Source of the DNA: an uncultured Planctomycetota bacterium
GTDB lineage: Bacteria; Planctomycetota; Planctomycetia; Isosphaerales; Isosphaeraceae
Reading direction: 5' to 3'
Length of the DNA stretch: 64,000 nt
Assembly: GCA_963823665.1 (NCBI GenBank)
Contig: CAWGMQ010000008.1
Location: 1,568,001-1,632,000 of the forward strand
Shown one piece after another: positions 53,636 through 64,000 of the stretch; the stretch's first letter is position 1; every line of letters starts with the position of its first letter. Below the pieces are notes generated by a model. The model was not told the origin of the DNA and did not search any database. It saw only the letters and a list, made by a program, of their open reading frames with translations. The position numbers and the translations under genes were made by a program.

Positions 53636-54492
53636 ATGACAATTGCCGCCCTGGGACTCATTCTCATCGCGGCCGTGCTTCACGCTCTCTGGAACCTGAT
53701 CGCCAAACAGGCGGGAGGGGGGCCGGCGTTCGTGTGGCTGTATGGCACGACCTCGGCTCTTTTGCTTTCGCCGCTGGCGGGGGCCCTGATTTTCAGTCAG
53801 CATCCCCAGCTCTCGTTCGTGGGATTGTCATTCACTTTCACCAGCGCATTACTCCACGCCGGTTATTTCGTCGTGCTGCAGGAAGCTTACCGGGAAGGTG
53901 AGCTATCCGTGGTTTACCCGGTTGCACGCGGTACCGGACCGGTCTTGAGCACGGCGGCGGCGATTGCCGTGCTGGGGGAGCGCCCTTCCGCGCTGGCACT
54001 CTGCGGGGCGGTGCTTGTCGCGCTCTCGGTTTTTACGCTGGCCAGGCCGGCTCGCGCTTCGGCTGCCGACGTCAAACGCGCCATCGCGCTGGGACTCATC
54101 ACCGGTGTATTGATCGCCGGCTACACGCTCTGCGACAAACAGGCGGTCGGACCTTTTGGCGTGCCGCCGCTGCTCCAGCAGTGGGGGGCCAGCGTGGGGA
54201 TGTCGGTTGTGCTCGCGCCGGCCGCTCTGCGCCGTGCGCCGAGATTCGGCATCACTTGCGGCAGGACGGCAAGGCGATCCTGGCGATCGGGGTGCTGGTG
54301 CCGGCGGCGTATATTCTCGTGCTCACCGCGATGAGCTTCACCCTGGTCAGCTACATTGCTCCGGCCCGCGAAGTCAGCATCTTGATCGGTACGGTCATGG
54401 GGACGCACCTGCTCTCGGAAGGGCAGGCCGGCAAACGCATCGCGGCGGCTGTTGTGATGATGGTTGGGCTGGCGGCGCTGGCGTTGGGGTGA
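53636..54492 (+). CDS. EamA/DMT transporter (frameshift near 54235)
   Basis: LHALWNL, YREGELSVVYPVARG, YTLCDK, APAREVS. Confidence 0.88.
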
Positions 54493-54497
54493 GCTGA

Positions 54498-57104
54498 TCA
54501 CAATCGCGGGTCGACCGGCTCGCTTTCAAGAGCCAGGACGCCGAAGACGCATTCGTGCACTTTGCGAAGAGGCTCACGGCGGACGAAGCGCTCGAGAGCC
54601 TCGACGCCGAGGGCGAACTCCGAGAGAGCGAGGGATCGTTTCCTGCCGAGACCACGGTTCCGCAGACGGACCAGATTTTGCTCATCCGTGTATTCTGGTC
54701 CGTAGATGATGCGAAGGTATTCGCGCCCCCTGCATTTGAGGGCTGGCTGGGCGAGCCCGCGGCCGCTCTGGTGAATGAAGCCGAGCGGCTTGACGACCAT
54801 GCCCTCGCCGCCTCGGCCGGTGAGCTCTTCCCACCAGGCGACAGCCGTGGACTCGGCGGCGGGATCGGCGAGATCGACGACGAGGAACGGAGTGGGAACG
54901 AAGAGCTCCGGGTCGGCCTCGGCTAGCCGGGCAAGTGTCGTGATGTGCCAGAGGTGATCGTTGCCGACATGTACCCAGCTCTCGGTGGCCAGGAGATGAA
55001 AAGGGGCCAGCTTCAGATCCGTCAGCGATTCGACACGCCAGCAATAGCGGCGATAGGCGTCAACGAACCGGCGGACATCTTGCTCGCGACCACGAGCGGA
55101 TTGTTCGATCGAGGATGCTTTCTCCTTCTCGAGGCCATGCAAACGCGCGGCTGCACTGCCGAGCGCCGCGATGGCCTTTGGAAGGGCTGCCAGGCCGGAG
55201 GCGCCTACCGGAGCATATTGAACACGCAGCAGCTCCTGCGCCTTGGCGGACCAGGGCATGAGCTCGCAGTCGAGGCAGGCCCAGTGCGTGTCAAGCTCGG
55301 ACCAGAGTCCGGAGCGATCCATCGCCGCGGCGACGCGATCCAGAAATGCTCGCTCGAGCGTCTGGTCGCTGAAGAACCGCCTGCCGGTGCGAGTGGCGAC
55401 CATGCCGATCTCGCCTGCATCGACACCGAAGCGCTCGCGCGCGGATTTTTCGTCGCGGCAGATGATCACGACAGCACGCGATCCCATATGTTTTTCCTGG
55501 CAAATCACCGACGTGACATTCTGGCTCCGAAAGTAGGCAAAGACTTCTGCCGGATGTTCGAGGAGGCCGGGGGCTTCGCTGGTTTCGCACGGAGACATCG
55601 TGGGCGGCAGATAGATTAGACAGCGCGGGTCGACGGCGAACCGGCTCATCACCTCGAGCGCGGCCGCCGCGTTTTCTTCGCGGATCGTGACGTTGCCGCG
55701 CAGGCGAGTCGCAATGAATCGCTTGCCGAGCACATCATCGGCATCGAGCAGATCGTCGCAGGCCTGCTGGGCGGTCAGCGGGGCATCCGGCGATTCGCCC
55801 GGAAGGAAGGGGCGGACCGGTTCGCAGTAAATCCTCGCGGCGGGAACCGAGACGAATTCACGTTCGGGGTAGCGCAAGGCCGTGAGCTTGCCGCCGAAGA
55901 CGCAACCGGTGTCGATGTTGACGGTCTGGTTGAGCCACTGGGGCGCAGGGACAGGCGTGTGGCCATAGACGACGGCAGCGCGGCCACGATAATCCTTGGC
56001 CCAATCGCAGCGAACGGGCAGGCCCAGGTCGTCGGTTTCGCCTGTTGTTTCGCCATAGAGCGCGAAGTCGCGCACGCGAGCCGAAGCCCGGCCTTGCATC
56101 TCTGCTTTCATTCCGGCGTGAGCGACCACGAGCTTGGTGTCGTCGAGGACGTAGTGGCTGACCAGGGAGTCGAGGAAGGCAGCCAGCTCGGTGCGGAGCG
56201 AGCCACGGTCCTCCTCGGGAACGGTTTCAATTTCGGTGAGCGTGAGGGCAAGCCCGTGAGCGATTTTCACGTCGCGGCCTCGAAGCTTCCTGAGCAGTTT
56301 CTCGTCGTGATTGCCTGGGACGCAGAGGGCGGAGCCGTGTTGCACCATATTCCGAACCAGGCGCACGGTGTCGAGAATGCGCGGGCCGCGATCGACGAGA
56401 TCGCCCACGAAGACAGCTTTCCTTCCCTGCGGATGGGCGTAGACGAGGCCGGAGTCGAGGGTGGGGCCTCCGGGCACCCTCGCAATGGCCTGATAACCCA
56501 GCCGCGCCAGCAGCGTTTCCAGCTCATCGCAACAGCCGTGGACGTCGCCGATCAGATCGAATGGGCCGTGGTCATCACGTCGATCATTCCACAGAGGCGT
56601 TCGCTCGATCGTTGCGAGCTCGGCGTCTTCGAGTCGCTCGAACGTGAAGACGTAGCGGAAGCCCTCCTTGGCAAGTCGTGCAAGGGAGCGCCTCATTTGT
56701 GACTGCTGATGGCGGATCACGTGCGGACCGAACGTGCGGTCGGGACGGGCGAGGTTTCGGTCATGACAGATCTTTTCGGGAAGGTCGAAGACGATTGCTA
56801 CGGGAAGGCAGTGAAAGCGCCGGGCGAGCTCGACCAAGGGCTTGCGGGATTCGGGTTGGACGTTGGTGGCATCGATCACGGTCAACTTGCCGACTTCGAG
56901 TCGTGCGCTGGCGATGTGGTGGAGGACCTGGAAGGCATGGACCGTGACCGACTGGTCGTTTTCGTTGTCGGAGACCATCGCGCGGCATGCGTCGGAAGAG
57001 AGGACTTCGGTGGGGAGAAAATGCCTGCGCGCGAAGGTTGTCTTGCCGGAGCCGCTGGGGCCGATCAGGACGACGAGGCTGAGGTTGGGGATTTTGATGT
57101 GCAT
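54498..57104 (-). CDS. pnkp: Polynucleotide kinase-phosphatase-ligase (bacterial Pnkp)
   Basis: GPSGSGKT; GDVHG/GDLVDRG/GNHD; EKHMGSR, EGMVVK; C-terminal ESEPVDPRL. Confidence 0.96.
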   Translation of the reverse strand: MHIKIPNLSLVVLIGPSGSGKTTFARRHFLPTEVLSSDACRAMVSDNENDQSVTVHAFQVLHHIASARLEVGKLTVIDATNVQPESRKPLVELARRFHCLPVAIVFDLPEKICHDRNLARPDRTFGPHVIRHQQSQMRRSLARLAKEGFRYVFTFERLEDAELATIERTPLWNDRRDDHGPFDLIGDVHGCCDELETLLARLGYQAIARVPGGPTLDSGLVYAHPQGRKAVFVGDLVDRGPRILDTVRLVRNMVQHGSALCVPGNHDEKLLRKLRGRDVKIAHGLALTLTEIETVPEEDRGSLRTELAAFLDSLVSHYVLDDTKLVVAHAGMKAEMQGRASARVRDFALYGETTGETDDLGLPVRCDWAKDYRGRAAVVYGHTPVPAPQWLNQTVNIDTGCVFGGKLTALRYPEREFVSVPAARIYCEPVRPFLPGESPDAPLTAQQACDDLLDADDVLGKRFIATRLRGNVTIREENAAAALEVMSRFAVDPRCLIYLPPTMSPCETSEAPGLLEHPAEVFAYFRSQNVTSVICQEKHMGSRAVVIICRDEKSARERFGVDAGEIGMVATRTGRRFFSDQTLERAFLDRVAAAMDRSGLWSELDTHWACLDCELMPWSAKAQELLRVQYAPVGASGLAALPKAIAALGSAAARLHGLEKEKASSIEQSARGREQDVRRFVDAYRRYCWRVESLTDLKLAPFHLLATESWVHVGNDHLWHITTLARLAEADPELFVPTPFLVVDLADPAAESTAVAWWEELTGRGGEGMVVKPLGFIHQSGRGLAQPALKCRGREYLRIIYGPEYTDEQNLVRLRNRGLGRKRSLALSEFALGVEALERFVRREPLRKVHECVFGVLALESEPVDPRL

Positions 57105-57123
57105 TCGCGGCGGTCTGGATCCT

Positions 57124-58524
57124 TCAAGCCGTGCGGTTAAAGATCGCCATCTGTGTGGGCGAGCCGAGGGACGCGTCCTCTGGACCAACGGGAACGAACT
57201 GGACTGCGTAGCCGTGCAAGGCAGCGACATGCCCGGCCCAGGAGCGAAACTCGGCGCGCGTCCATTCGAATCGATGGTCCGGGTGCCGCAATTTTTCGCT
57301 TCCAACGTTTTGCCAGGTGACATTGTATTCGCGGTTGGGGGTGGTGAGCACGACTGTCGCCGGGCGGGCGAACTCGAATACGGTTCGTTCGAGCGCGCGA
57401 AGCCTGGGCGGGTCGAGGTGCTCGATCACTTCGACCAGCGCGGCTGCGTCGAAGCCTTCGAGGCGGCGATCGCGGTATGTCAGCGACCCATGAATCAGCC
57501 GGATCCGGCGGGACTGAGTCTCGGTGAGGCGGTCAAGACGAAGCCGTTCGCTTGCTCGCTCGAGGGATCGAATGGACACATCGAGCCCTACGAGCTCGTC
57601 GAACTGATTTTCGCCGAACAGCCGCTTGAGCAGATTTCCTTCGGCGCACCCGAGGTCAAGGATCTTTCGAGCGCCACAGTTCTTGAGCGCTGCGAGGACA
57701 GCTTCGATGCGCTGCTCGTTCAGGCTGAGCGGCTGCTCGAGGGAGAGCTCGGCGAGATCACTCTGGTTCTCGCCGACTTCGGGCACGGAGTCATCCGCGC
57801 CCTCGGTCAGCCGTGCGAGGGCCTGCCGGTAGAGGCTGGGCTGGAATTTCAGGTAGCGGCGTGCGATTTCCTCCTTGTGAGGATGGCCGGATAGCCACGT
57901 GCCACCGTGTGCCAGGAGCTTTTCGAGCTCGTCGTCGCCGACGTAGTAGTGCTTGTGGTTGTCGAAGACAGGGATCAGCACGTAGAGGTGAGCGAGCAAG
58001 TCGGAGAGTCGCGCAGTGATCGAGAGCGTCACCGAAAAGTACGGTCCATCGCCCCACTCGGGGAACTGTTCATCGAGCGGATGACGGACGGCGTGGACCG
58101 TGTAGCCGAGCGGCTCGAAGAAGGCTGCGAGCAAGCGCTCGCCGCCGCGGACGGGGAGAACGTCGATGCTCGCGGAGAGGGGAATCGGCGTCTGGGTAAG
58201 CTCGGGGCGGTCTTTGCATCGTCCTTGCAAGGCGGAGCCGTAGACCTGGGCGATGGCCACGCTCAGGAACGACGTTGCGGCGTATGAGCGATCGTTGACG
58301 TACTGGGAGAGCAGGCCGTTGCCTGTTCCCTTGCCACGGACCAAGCCGACGGGGTCGACATCGAGCAGCAGGCAGGCCGTGCAGCAATCGTCTGCGACCT
58401 GCGGGTAGAAGACATGGGCTCGGCCGAAGCTCAGGTCGTAGGTCTGGAAGCGGTCGGGGTGTTTGTGGAGCAGATAGCCGAGATCCGTCGCGCTTGAGTG
58501 CCGGGTTGTGATTGAGAGAAGCAT
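57124..58524 (-). CDS. hen1: 3' terminal RNA ribose 2'-O-methyltransferase Hen1
   Basis: MLLSITT...ATDLGYLLHKHP; DLGCAEG; EVIEH; TTPN; RHPDHRFEWTRAEF. Confidence 0.96.
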   Translation of the reverse strand: MLLSITTRHSSATDLGYLLHKHPDRFQTYDLSFGRAHVFYPQVADDCCTACLLLDVDPVGLVRGKGTGNGLLSQYVNDRSYAATSFLSVAIAQVYGSALQGRCKDRPELTQTPIPLSASIDVLPVRGGERLLAAFFEPLGYTVHAVRHPLDEQFPEWGDGPYFSVTLSITARLSDLLAHLYVLIPVFDNHKHYYVGDDELEKLLAHGGTWLSGHPHKEEIARRYLKFQPSLYRQALARLTEGADDSVPEVGENQSDLAELSLEQPLSLNEQRIEAVLAALKNCGARKILDLGCAEGNLLKRLFGENQFDELVGLDVSIRSLERASERLRLDRLTETQSRRIRLIHGSLTYRDRRLEGFDAAALVEVIEHLDPPRLRALERTVFEFARPATVVLTTPNREYNVTWQNVGSEKLRHPDHRFEWTRAEFRSWAGHVAALHGYAVQFVPVGPEDASLGSPTQMAIFNRTA

Positions 58525-58669
58525 CGGCGTTTTCCTCAATCGGGCGTTGCGGAGCGTGGAGGGTCTGGAGGGTTGGGATCGATCTTGAAATTGACACGGA
58601 CTCGGCGTTGGGGGTTCGACCGAACCTGAGACTCGTCGCTCCGGGCCAAATGGGGCTTTGTGACGCAGG

Positions 58670-58851
58670 GAAATCCTTTCGCGGAGCGAAGGGCGACAAT
58701 CGACGCTCGAATCGGGCCACTCCCGGCGCAGTGCCGTACAGAAATCCCTTCGCGGAGCGAAGGGCGACAATCGACGCTCGAATCGGGCCACTCCCAGCGC
58801 AGTGCCGTACAGAAATCCCTTCGCGGAGCGAAGGGCGACAATGGACGCTCG
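58670..58851. repeat. 71-bp tandem repeat x2.5 with CCCTTCGC-GGA-GCGAAGGG hairpin
   Basis: Units at 58670-58740 and 58741-58811, partial at 58812-58851; near identical. Confidence 0.9.
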
Positions 58852-58856
58852 CGCCG

Positions 58857-59342
58857 CTACGCGGCCGGTTTTTTGTGGGCGGCGTGGTGTTTTCGGAGTT
58901 GGATAACCAGGTAGGCGACGATTGCGAGGTTTACAAGCAGCACGGCGATACGGAACCAACTGTGTTTTTGCACGATCTCGTAGATCTCGAACGGGATGAG
59001 CGAGCTGGTGGCGAGCACGACGAGGTATCCGGCCCAGTCGCGTTCGAGAATGAGGCCGATGCCCTCGATGAGATGGAGAGCGGCGTAAAAGAACGTGCCG
59101 GCCTGGATGGCGCGCAGGCGCGATCGATCGATTCCGGTCAGCGTCGAGATGATGAGATTGATGAAATGGTTATGCGGATCAAGGCCCAGGTGGGCGCTCC
59201 AGCGCTCGATGGACTGGCCGGGATCACGGCTCACCCAGCGGACGAAAACCAAGCCGAACACGACGGCGATCAGCCCGCTGGCGAGCTTGAGGAAGCCGAT
59301 TACCCGGAAACCCATGTAACCACTGCGCGAGGGGAGATGCAT
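58857..59342 (-). CDS. DUF2127 family membrane protein
   Basis: IEGIGL...WAGYL...LIPFEIYEI...NLAIVAYL. Confidence 0.85.
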   Translation of the reverse strand: MHLPSRSGYMGFRVIGFLKLASGLIAVVFGLVFVRWVSRDPGQSIERWSAHLGLDPHNHFINLIISTLTGIDRSRLRAIQAGTFFYAALHLIEGIGLILERDWAGYLVVLATSSLIPFEIYEIVQKHSWFRIAVLLVNLAIVAYLVIQLRKHHAAHKKPAA

Positions 59343-59365
59343 GCGAGTGTATGCTCCGTCGGGAC

Positions 59366-60166
59366 TCACCAGCGCGAGTCCCTGTCGTCGTCGCCCGACT
59401 CGAACCGCATGTGCTTGACCGAAGCGCCCGAATCACGCAGCTCGATGAGCGAGTCGATCCCGATTTCCAGGTGCTTGCGGACGAACCGCTCGGTGACCGC
59501 CTTGTCGCTTCGACTGGATTTCACTCCTTCGGGCGTCATCGGGCTGTCCGATACGAGGAGAAGTGCGCCCTTGGGGATGTGGTTGACGAAGCCGACGATG
59601 AAGATGGTGGCCGTTTCCATATCGATGGCCGAGGCGCGGATCTTTTTCAGATACTCTTTGAATTCCTGGTCATGTTCCCAGACCCGGCGATTGGTGGTGT
59701 AGACAGTTCCGGTCCAGTAGTCGAAGCCGTGCTTGACGATCATCGTCGAGACCGCGCGCTGGAGGCGGAATGAGGGAAGTGCGGGAATCTCCTCGGGCAT
59801 GTAGTCGTTGCTGGCGCCTTCGCCTCGTATGGCGGCGATGGGGAGAATAAAGTCGCCGACCTTGGTCTTCTTGAGTCCGCCGCACTTGCCCAGGAAGAGC
59901 ACCGCTTTGGGTTCGATGGCCGCGAGCAGGTCCATCACGGTGGCGGCCATCGCGCTTCCCATGCCGAAATTGAGGATGGTCAGGTTCTCGGCCGTGGCGG
60001 ATTGCATGGGGTGGTCGCGGCCGGTGACCTCGACGCCGAACCGCTCGGCGAACATCTCGACGTACTTGATGAAGTTGCTGAGCAGGATGAACTGACCGAA
60101 TTCCTCGAGCGAGCGCCCGGTGTATCGGGGAAGCCAATCGCGCACGATTTCGGCCTTGGTTTTCAC
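59366..60166 (-). CDS. amn: AMP nucleosidase (short type)
   Basis: WLPRYTG, NFGMGS, FLGKCGGL, TTNRRVWEHD, IDMETAT. Confidence 0.92.
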   Translation of the reverse strand: MKTKAEIVRDWLPRYTGRSLEEFGQFILLSNFIKYVEMFAERFGVEVTGRDHPMQSATAENLTILNFGMGSAMAATVMDLLAAIEPKAVLFLGKCGGLKKTKVGDFILPIAAIRGEGASNDYMPEEIPALPSFRLQRAVSTMIVKHGFDYWTGTVYTTNRRVWEHDQEFKEYLKKIRASAIDMETATIFIVGFVNHIPKGALLLVSDSPMTPEGVKSSRSDKAVTERFVRKHLEIGIDSLIELRDSGASVKHMRFESGDDDRDSRW

Positions 60167-60322
60167 GATGTCGGCACTCGCGGAATTCCGGCGCGGCTCG
60201 AGCTCGAGACAGATCGAGCCGGCACGTCGCTTGCTCAGTCGTGTTGCAAGCCGCAACGTGGATATAGTAAGGGATCATCGCACGTCAAGCCTAGACCCGG
60301 CAAACGAGATCGAGGCCTTCTC

Positions 60323-61916
60323 ATGGAGCTTGAGGAATTGATCGAGGGCCTGTCTGAATCGAAGGCCTATTCTGAGCCTGTTGATTCGGTGGAGCTGCGC
60401 CAGACGCACATCTCGCTGGTGTTCCTGGCGGGCCGGCATGCCTACAAGATCAAGAAGCCGGTGGACCTCGGTTTCTTGGACTACACCACGCTCGAGCAGC
60501 GCCGGCATTTCTGCGAAGAAGAAGTGCGATTGAATCGACGGCTGGCACCTTCCGTCTATCTGGGGGTTGTGCCGGTTACATTCGATGGCACTCAGATCAA
60601 GATGGAGGGCGCGGGCGACGCTATCGAATGGGCGGTCAAGATGGAGCGACTGGCGGATTCGGCCACGCTTGGCGCGCACCTCAGATGCGGCGAGGTTGAT
60701 GCCGGTTCGATTCAAGAGCTGGCCCGGCGGCTTGCGAGGTTTCACGCTCAGGCTGAAGGTGGGGCGAAGGTCGCGCTGGGCGGCTCGTTCGAGGTGGTGG
60801 CGCAGAATGCGAGAGAGAATTTCGAACAGTCGGCCACGCATGTGGGCGTGACCGTGAGCAAGTCGACCTTCGAGCGATTGAGGGCCCTCACGGAAACTGC
60901 GCTCGCGGAATTGCGCCAGCTCATCACCGGTCGTGCATCCCGAGGAGTTCCACGCGACACGCATGGAGACCTGCGCCTCGATCACGTCTACTGGTTCCCG
61001 GAGAGACGCGCCGCCGGACGATTGGGTTGTGGTCGATTGCATCGAATTCAGCGAACGGTTTCGCCATGCCGACCCGATCGCGGAGGTTGCATTTCTGGCC
61101 ATGGAGCTGGCGGTCGAGGGCCGCAGCGACCTGGCGGACCCATTTGTCGAGGCCTACCTGCACGCCACCGGTGATGAGGAAGGGCGTTCATTGCTGCCGT
61201 TCTATCGGGCATATCGGGCGGCGGTCCGGGGAAAGGTTGAGGGGATGAAGCTGGCCGAGGCCGAGGTGCCGGAAACGGAGAAAGCTCTGGCGCGAGCGAA
61301 GGCCCAGGCTCGCTGGCTTTGTGCACTGAGCGAGCTGGAAGTGCCGGGCCGCAGGCCTTGCCTGGTCCTCGTGGGTGGCCTGCCTGGAAGCGGCAAGTCG
61401 ACCTTGGCCCGCAAGCTGAGGGAGGGAGCCGGATTCTCGGTTCTACGATCGGATGTGGTGCGCAAGGAGCTGGCTGGCCGGCGCGGGCCCGTAGGTGGTC
61501 AAAGGGAACTTGGCGAAGATTTTTATACGGAAGAATGGAACGATCGGACGTATCGAGAGTGTCTGCGCCGAGCCGAGAAGATCTTGTTCGAAGGAGGCCG
61601 TGTGCTGGTCGATGCGAGCTTTTCCAGTGAGGCACGGCGGCGGTTGTTTCTGGACGCGGGCCGGCGGTGGGGAGTTTCTGCGTGCTTGATTCTTTGTCGT
61701 GCGGATGCGGAATTGGTCCGTGAGCGGCTTGAGAGACGGAAGGGCGACGTCTCTGACGCGGACTGGGAGATTCACGGCACTCTGGCGCGGCGGTGGGAGG
61801 AACTCGGGACGGAGACGGCGGCGGTGGGGGAGTGGATTGATACCGGTGGGACGGTGGACGGCGCTGTGGAGCGAGCGCTTGATGTGCTGCGGGGGTTTGG
61901 GGTCGTTGAAAAGTGA
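60323..61916 (+). CDS. Aminoglycoside phosphotransferase-like domain + P-loop kinase (AAA_33) fusion (frameshift near 61010)
   Basis: QTHIS...YKIKKPV, HGDLRL, DCIEF; GLPGSGKST, RSDVVRK. Confidence 0.9.
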
Positions 61917-61920
61917 AATC

Positions 61921-62017
61921 GTCAGGCTAAAGCCTGACCTACTTGCGGTCGAGAGTCAGCCGCTAGTACGCCGCAGAGCGGCTCGAGGGACGTTCCCACG
62001 GGGACCGTGGGAACGAG
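61921..62017. repeat. Two REP-like hairpins between convergent genes
   Basis: GTCAGGC-TAAA-GCCTGAC-CTAC (GTAG-type on the minus strand) and CGTTCCCACGG-GGA-CCGTGGGAACG-AG. Confidence 0.7.
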
Positions 62018-62024
62018 GAGGCAC

Positions 62025-63290
62025 TCACGCCAGCACGGGTAAGGGGTCGAAGGGGGCGCCCAGGATCTGCCGGGGGGGGACGGAGAGCCAGCGGTCGAGA
62101 AGGGTGGCGTAGATGCGGCGGAAGTCGATGGCGTGGCGAGGGTCGCCGTCGTCCAGTTGAGTCAAGTCGGGGTAGGGGCCGTGCAGGCCGGGTTTTACCG
62201 GACGGCCTAGCAGGAAGACGGGTGCCGCGGTGCCGTGGTCGGTGCCGGCGCTGCCATTCTCATTCAGCCGGCGGCCGAACTCGGAGAAGACGAGCACGAG
62301 CACGCGGTCCGCTTCGCCTGATTTCTCGAGGTCGTCGAGGAAAGCCGTGAGCGATTGGCCAAGGTGGCGCATGAGCTGGGCGTGCTGCTGAAGTTGAGCG
62401 CTGTGGGTATCAAAGCCGTCCAGGTGCGTGTAATAGATCGAAGTGGACAAGCCGCCCTTGATCAACTGGGCAATCAGACGCAGACGGCGGGCCAGGCTGT
62501 AGAAGTCCGGATAGTTTGGAGGTGCTGATGCCTGGTTCTGTTGCAGGCGTTCCAGTCGTGCGCTGCTGGCATACGTGATGACGGAACAGCGCTCGACGAA
62601 CTGGAGAAGCGATCCGCTCGTGCCCGAGTTTTGCCGGGCGAGCTGATCGAGGGCCGCGGCCTGCGCGGCGGGGCCGGCGGCCGAGGGCACGCCCAGGCGG
62701 CGGCGGAACTGCTCGAGGCGGTCGAGCGATGGGATCACGTGTTGGCCGCCGGAGAGCGACTGCGGTAGGAGCATGGCGTCGTGGATATGCAGGCCGGGTG
62801 CGTCGCCCTGGGGGGCGGGGCGCTCGTCGATCGCGCGGGCAAGCCAGCCTGGAGCTGCCTTGTCGTGGTCGAGGCGGGCCGTTTGCCAGATCGCCATACT
62901 TTCGAAGTGCGACCGGTTCGGGTTGGGATAACCCACACTCTGTACGATCGCCAGCCGATGCTGATCGAGCAGTTTGGAAAAGGGTTCGAGCTGCGGATGC
63001 AAGCCGACGTGGTCGTCGATTTTCTTGATCTCGGCCGCGGGAATCCCAATGGTGGGCCGTTGCTTGCGATACTCGTCGTCGCGATAGGGGACGACGGTGT
63101 TCAGGCCGTCGTTGCCGCCGTCGAGCTGGACCACGACGAGGATGCGGCCGCCTGCGGCGGTTTGTTTTTCGTCGGAAAGCGCCGCAGCCGATCGGGCCAG
63201 AAACAGTGGGACAGTCTGTCCGCAGGCCAGCAAGGTCGAGGTGCCGAGACCGAGGCGGATCATTTCGCGGCGAGTGGGGTGCATTGTCAT
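62025..63290 (-). CDS. DUF1501 family protein with Tat signal
   Basis: TRREMI; QLDGGNDGLNT; GFDTH; SEFGRR...GTDHG. Confidence 0.93.
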   Translation of the reverse strand: MTMHPTRREMIRLGLGTSTLLACGQTVPLFLARSAAALSDEKQTAAGGRILVVVQLDGGNDGLNTVVPYRDDEYRKQRPTIGIPAAEIKKIDDHVGLHPQLEPFSKLLDQHRLAIVQSVGYPNPNRSHFESMAIWQTARLDHDKAAPGWLARAIDERPAPQGDAPGLHIHDAMLLPQSLSGGQHVIPSLDRLEQFRRRLGVPSAAGPAAQAAALDQLARQNSGTSGSLLQFVERCSVITYASSARLERLQQNQASAPPNYPDFYSLARRLRLIAQLIKGGLSTSIYYTHLDGFDTHSAQLQQHAQLMRHLGQSLTAFLDDLEKSGEADRVLVLVFSEFGRRLNENGSAGTDHGTAAPVFLLGRPVKPGLHGPYPDLTQLDDGDPRHAIDFRRIYATLLDRWLSVPPRQILGAPFDPLPVLA

Positions 63291-63297
63291 CTCCCGA

Positions 63298-64000
63298 TCA
63301 AGCGAGTTGAAATTCCGGGCAATTCGCGACGAGCTGAAGAGCCTTGCGCAAGGCAACCGGGCTGTTGCCACTCGCGGCTTCGAGCGTGAGGCGGCGGGCG
63401 TCCTTGCCGAGATCGTCTTGCAGCAGAAGATCGCTGATCGACTGCGCACACTGGTCGACCTTGATCTTAAATCGCGCTGTCCATTCGACCGGATCAAACG
63501 GCGAGAGACCGTTTTCGGCGCGGCCCCAGATGACGTCTGAAGCCCAGTTGGTTCGCTCGAGGAGTGTGGCGCTGTTGATCCAGTTTTGGCCGCCAACCCA
63601 ACCCGCGACGTTCGGGGGCGCGAATAGCTCCTGGCCTTGTGCATCGCATGCCGCGGAGAGAGCCAGTGGGTTTAATGCAGGCCGGGGGATTTCGAGCATG
63701 CGTACCAGCCCCGCGCTGTGCTCCACGGGCGACTTGATCCGAGTGCGATAGGCCGCGGGCGAGTAAAAGTGCCGTGAGCGGAGGATGATCTCGACCACCG
63801 GGCCGATGGCGAAGTGATGCGACCTGATCTCGGCGGCCAGGGGCTCGATCAGCTCGGCGGACGCGGGACCGGCTTCGCTGACGAAGAACCGATAGAGCTT
63901 CTGAGCCAGGAATATCGCGGCCTGGGGGCGATCGAGCACGATGCGGACGATGTCGGCCGCTTGCCAGGGGCCGGTCTGGCCCAGGAAGGTTTTGGTTCCG
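63298..64000 (-). CDS. DUF1800 family protein (partial, runs off window end)
   Basis: KLYRFFVS, IKSPVE, GQELFAPPNVAGW, PEFQLA; lies upstream of DUF1501. Confidence 0.9.
   Translation of the reverse strand, partial: GTKTFLGQTGPWQAADIVRIVLDRPQAAIFLAQKLYRFFVSEAGPASAELIEPLAAEIRSHHFAIGPVVEIILRSRHFYSPAAYRTRIKSPVEHSAGLVRMLEIPRPALNPLALSAACDAQGQELFAPPNVAGWVGGQNWINSATLLERTNWASDVIWGRAENGLSPFDPVEWTARFKIKVDQCAQSISDLLLQDDLGKDARRLTLEAASGNSPVALRKALQLVANCPEFQLA

Noticed and set aside
58670..58851. CRISPR array
   Set aside because: The intervening sequences are identical rather than unique spacers, and there are no cas genes.

Overview
GC-rich bacterial chromosomal window that looks planctomycete (Isosphaeraceae-like). 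The evidence is DUF1501/DUF1549-DUF1553/DUF1559/DUF1800 genes, ECF sigma plus Ser/Thr kinase-TPR genes and four proteins with the LExRxLL extracellular leader. Core loci are rnpB, tRNA-Gly(CCC), enolase, a diadenylate cyclase, ExbB/ExbD/ExbD, AMP nucleosidase, RbsD and the Hen1-Pnkp RNA repair pair. About a dozen genes are broken by 1-2 nt indels that look like long-read consensus errors. Most unusual features: (1) a secreted-type protein made of two tandem Hcp/tail-tube-like domains with no T6SS nearby; (2) a TIGR04255 + small protein + HNH trio behind tRNA-Gly; (3) an ArsR-Xre antitoxin whose RES toxin carries two nonsense codons; (4) several genes that keep both termini but lack the catalytic core; (5) a 30-bp repeat array with 37-38 bp spacers upstream of rnpB; (6) several REP-like palindrome families, one inserted inside a kinase domain. 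All family calls are by-eye motif recognition; no database searches were run.
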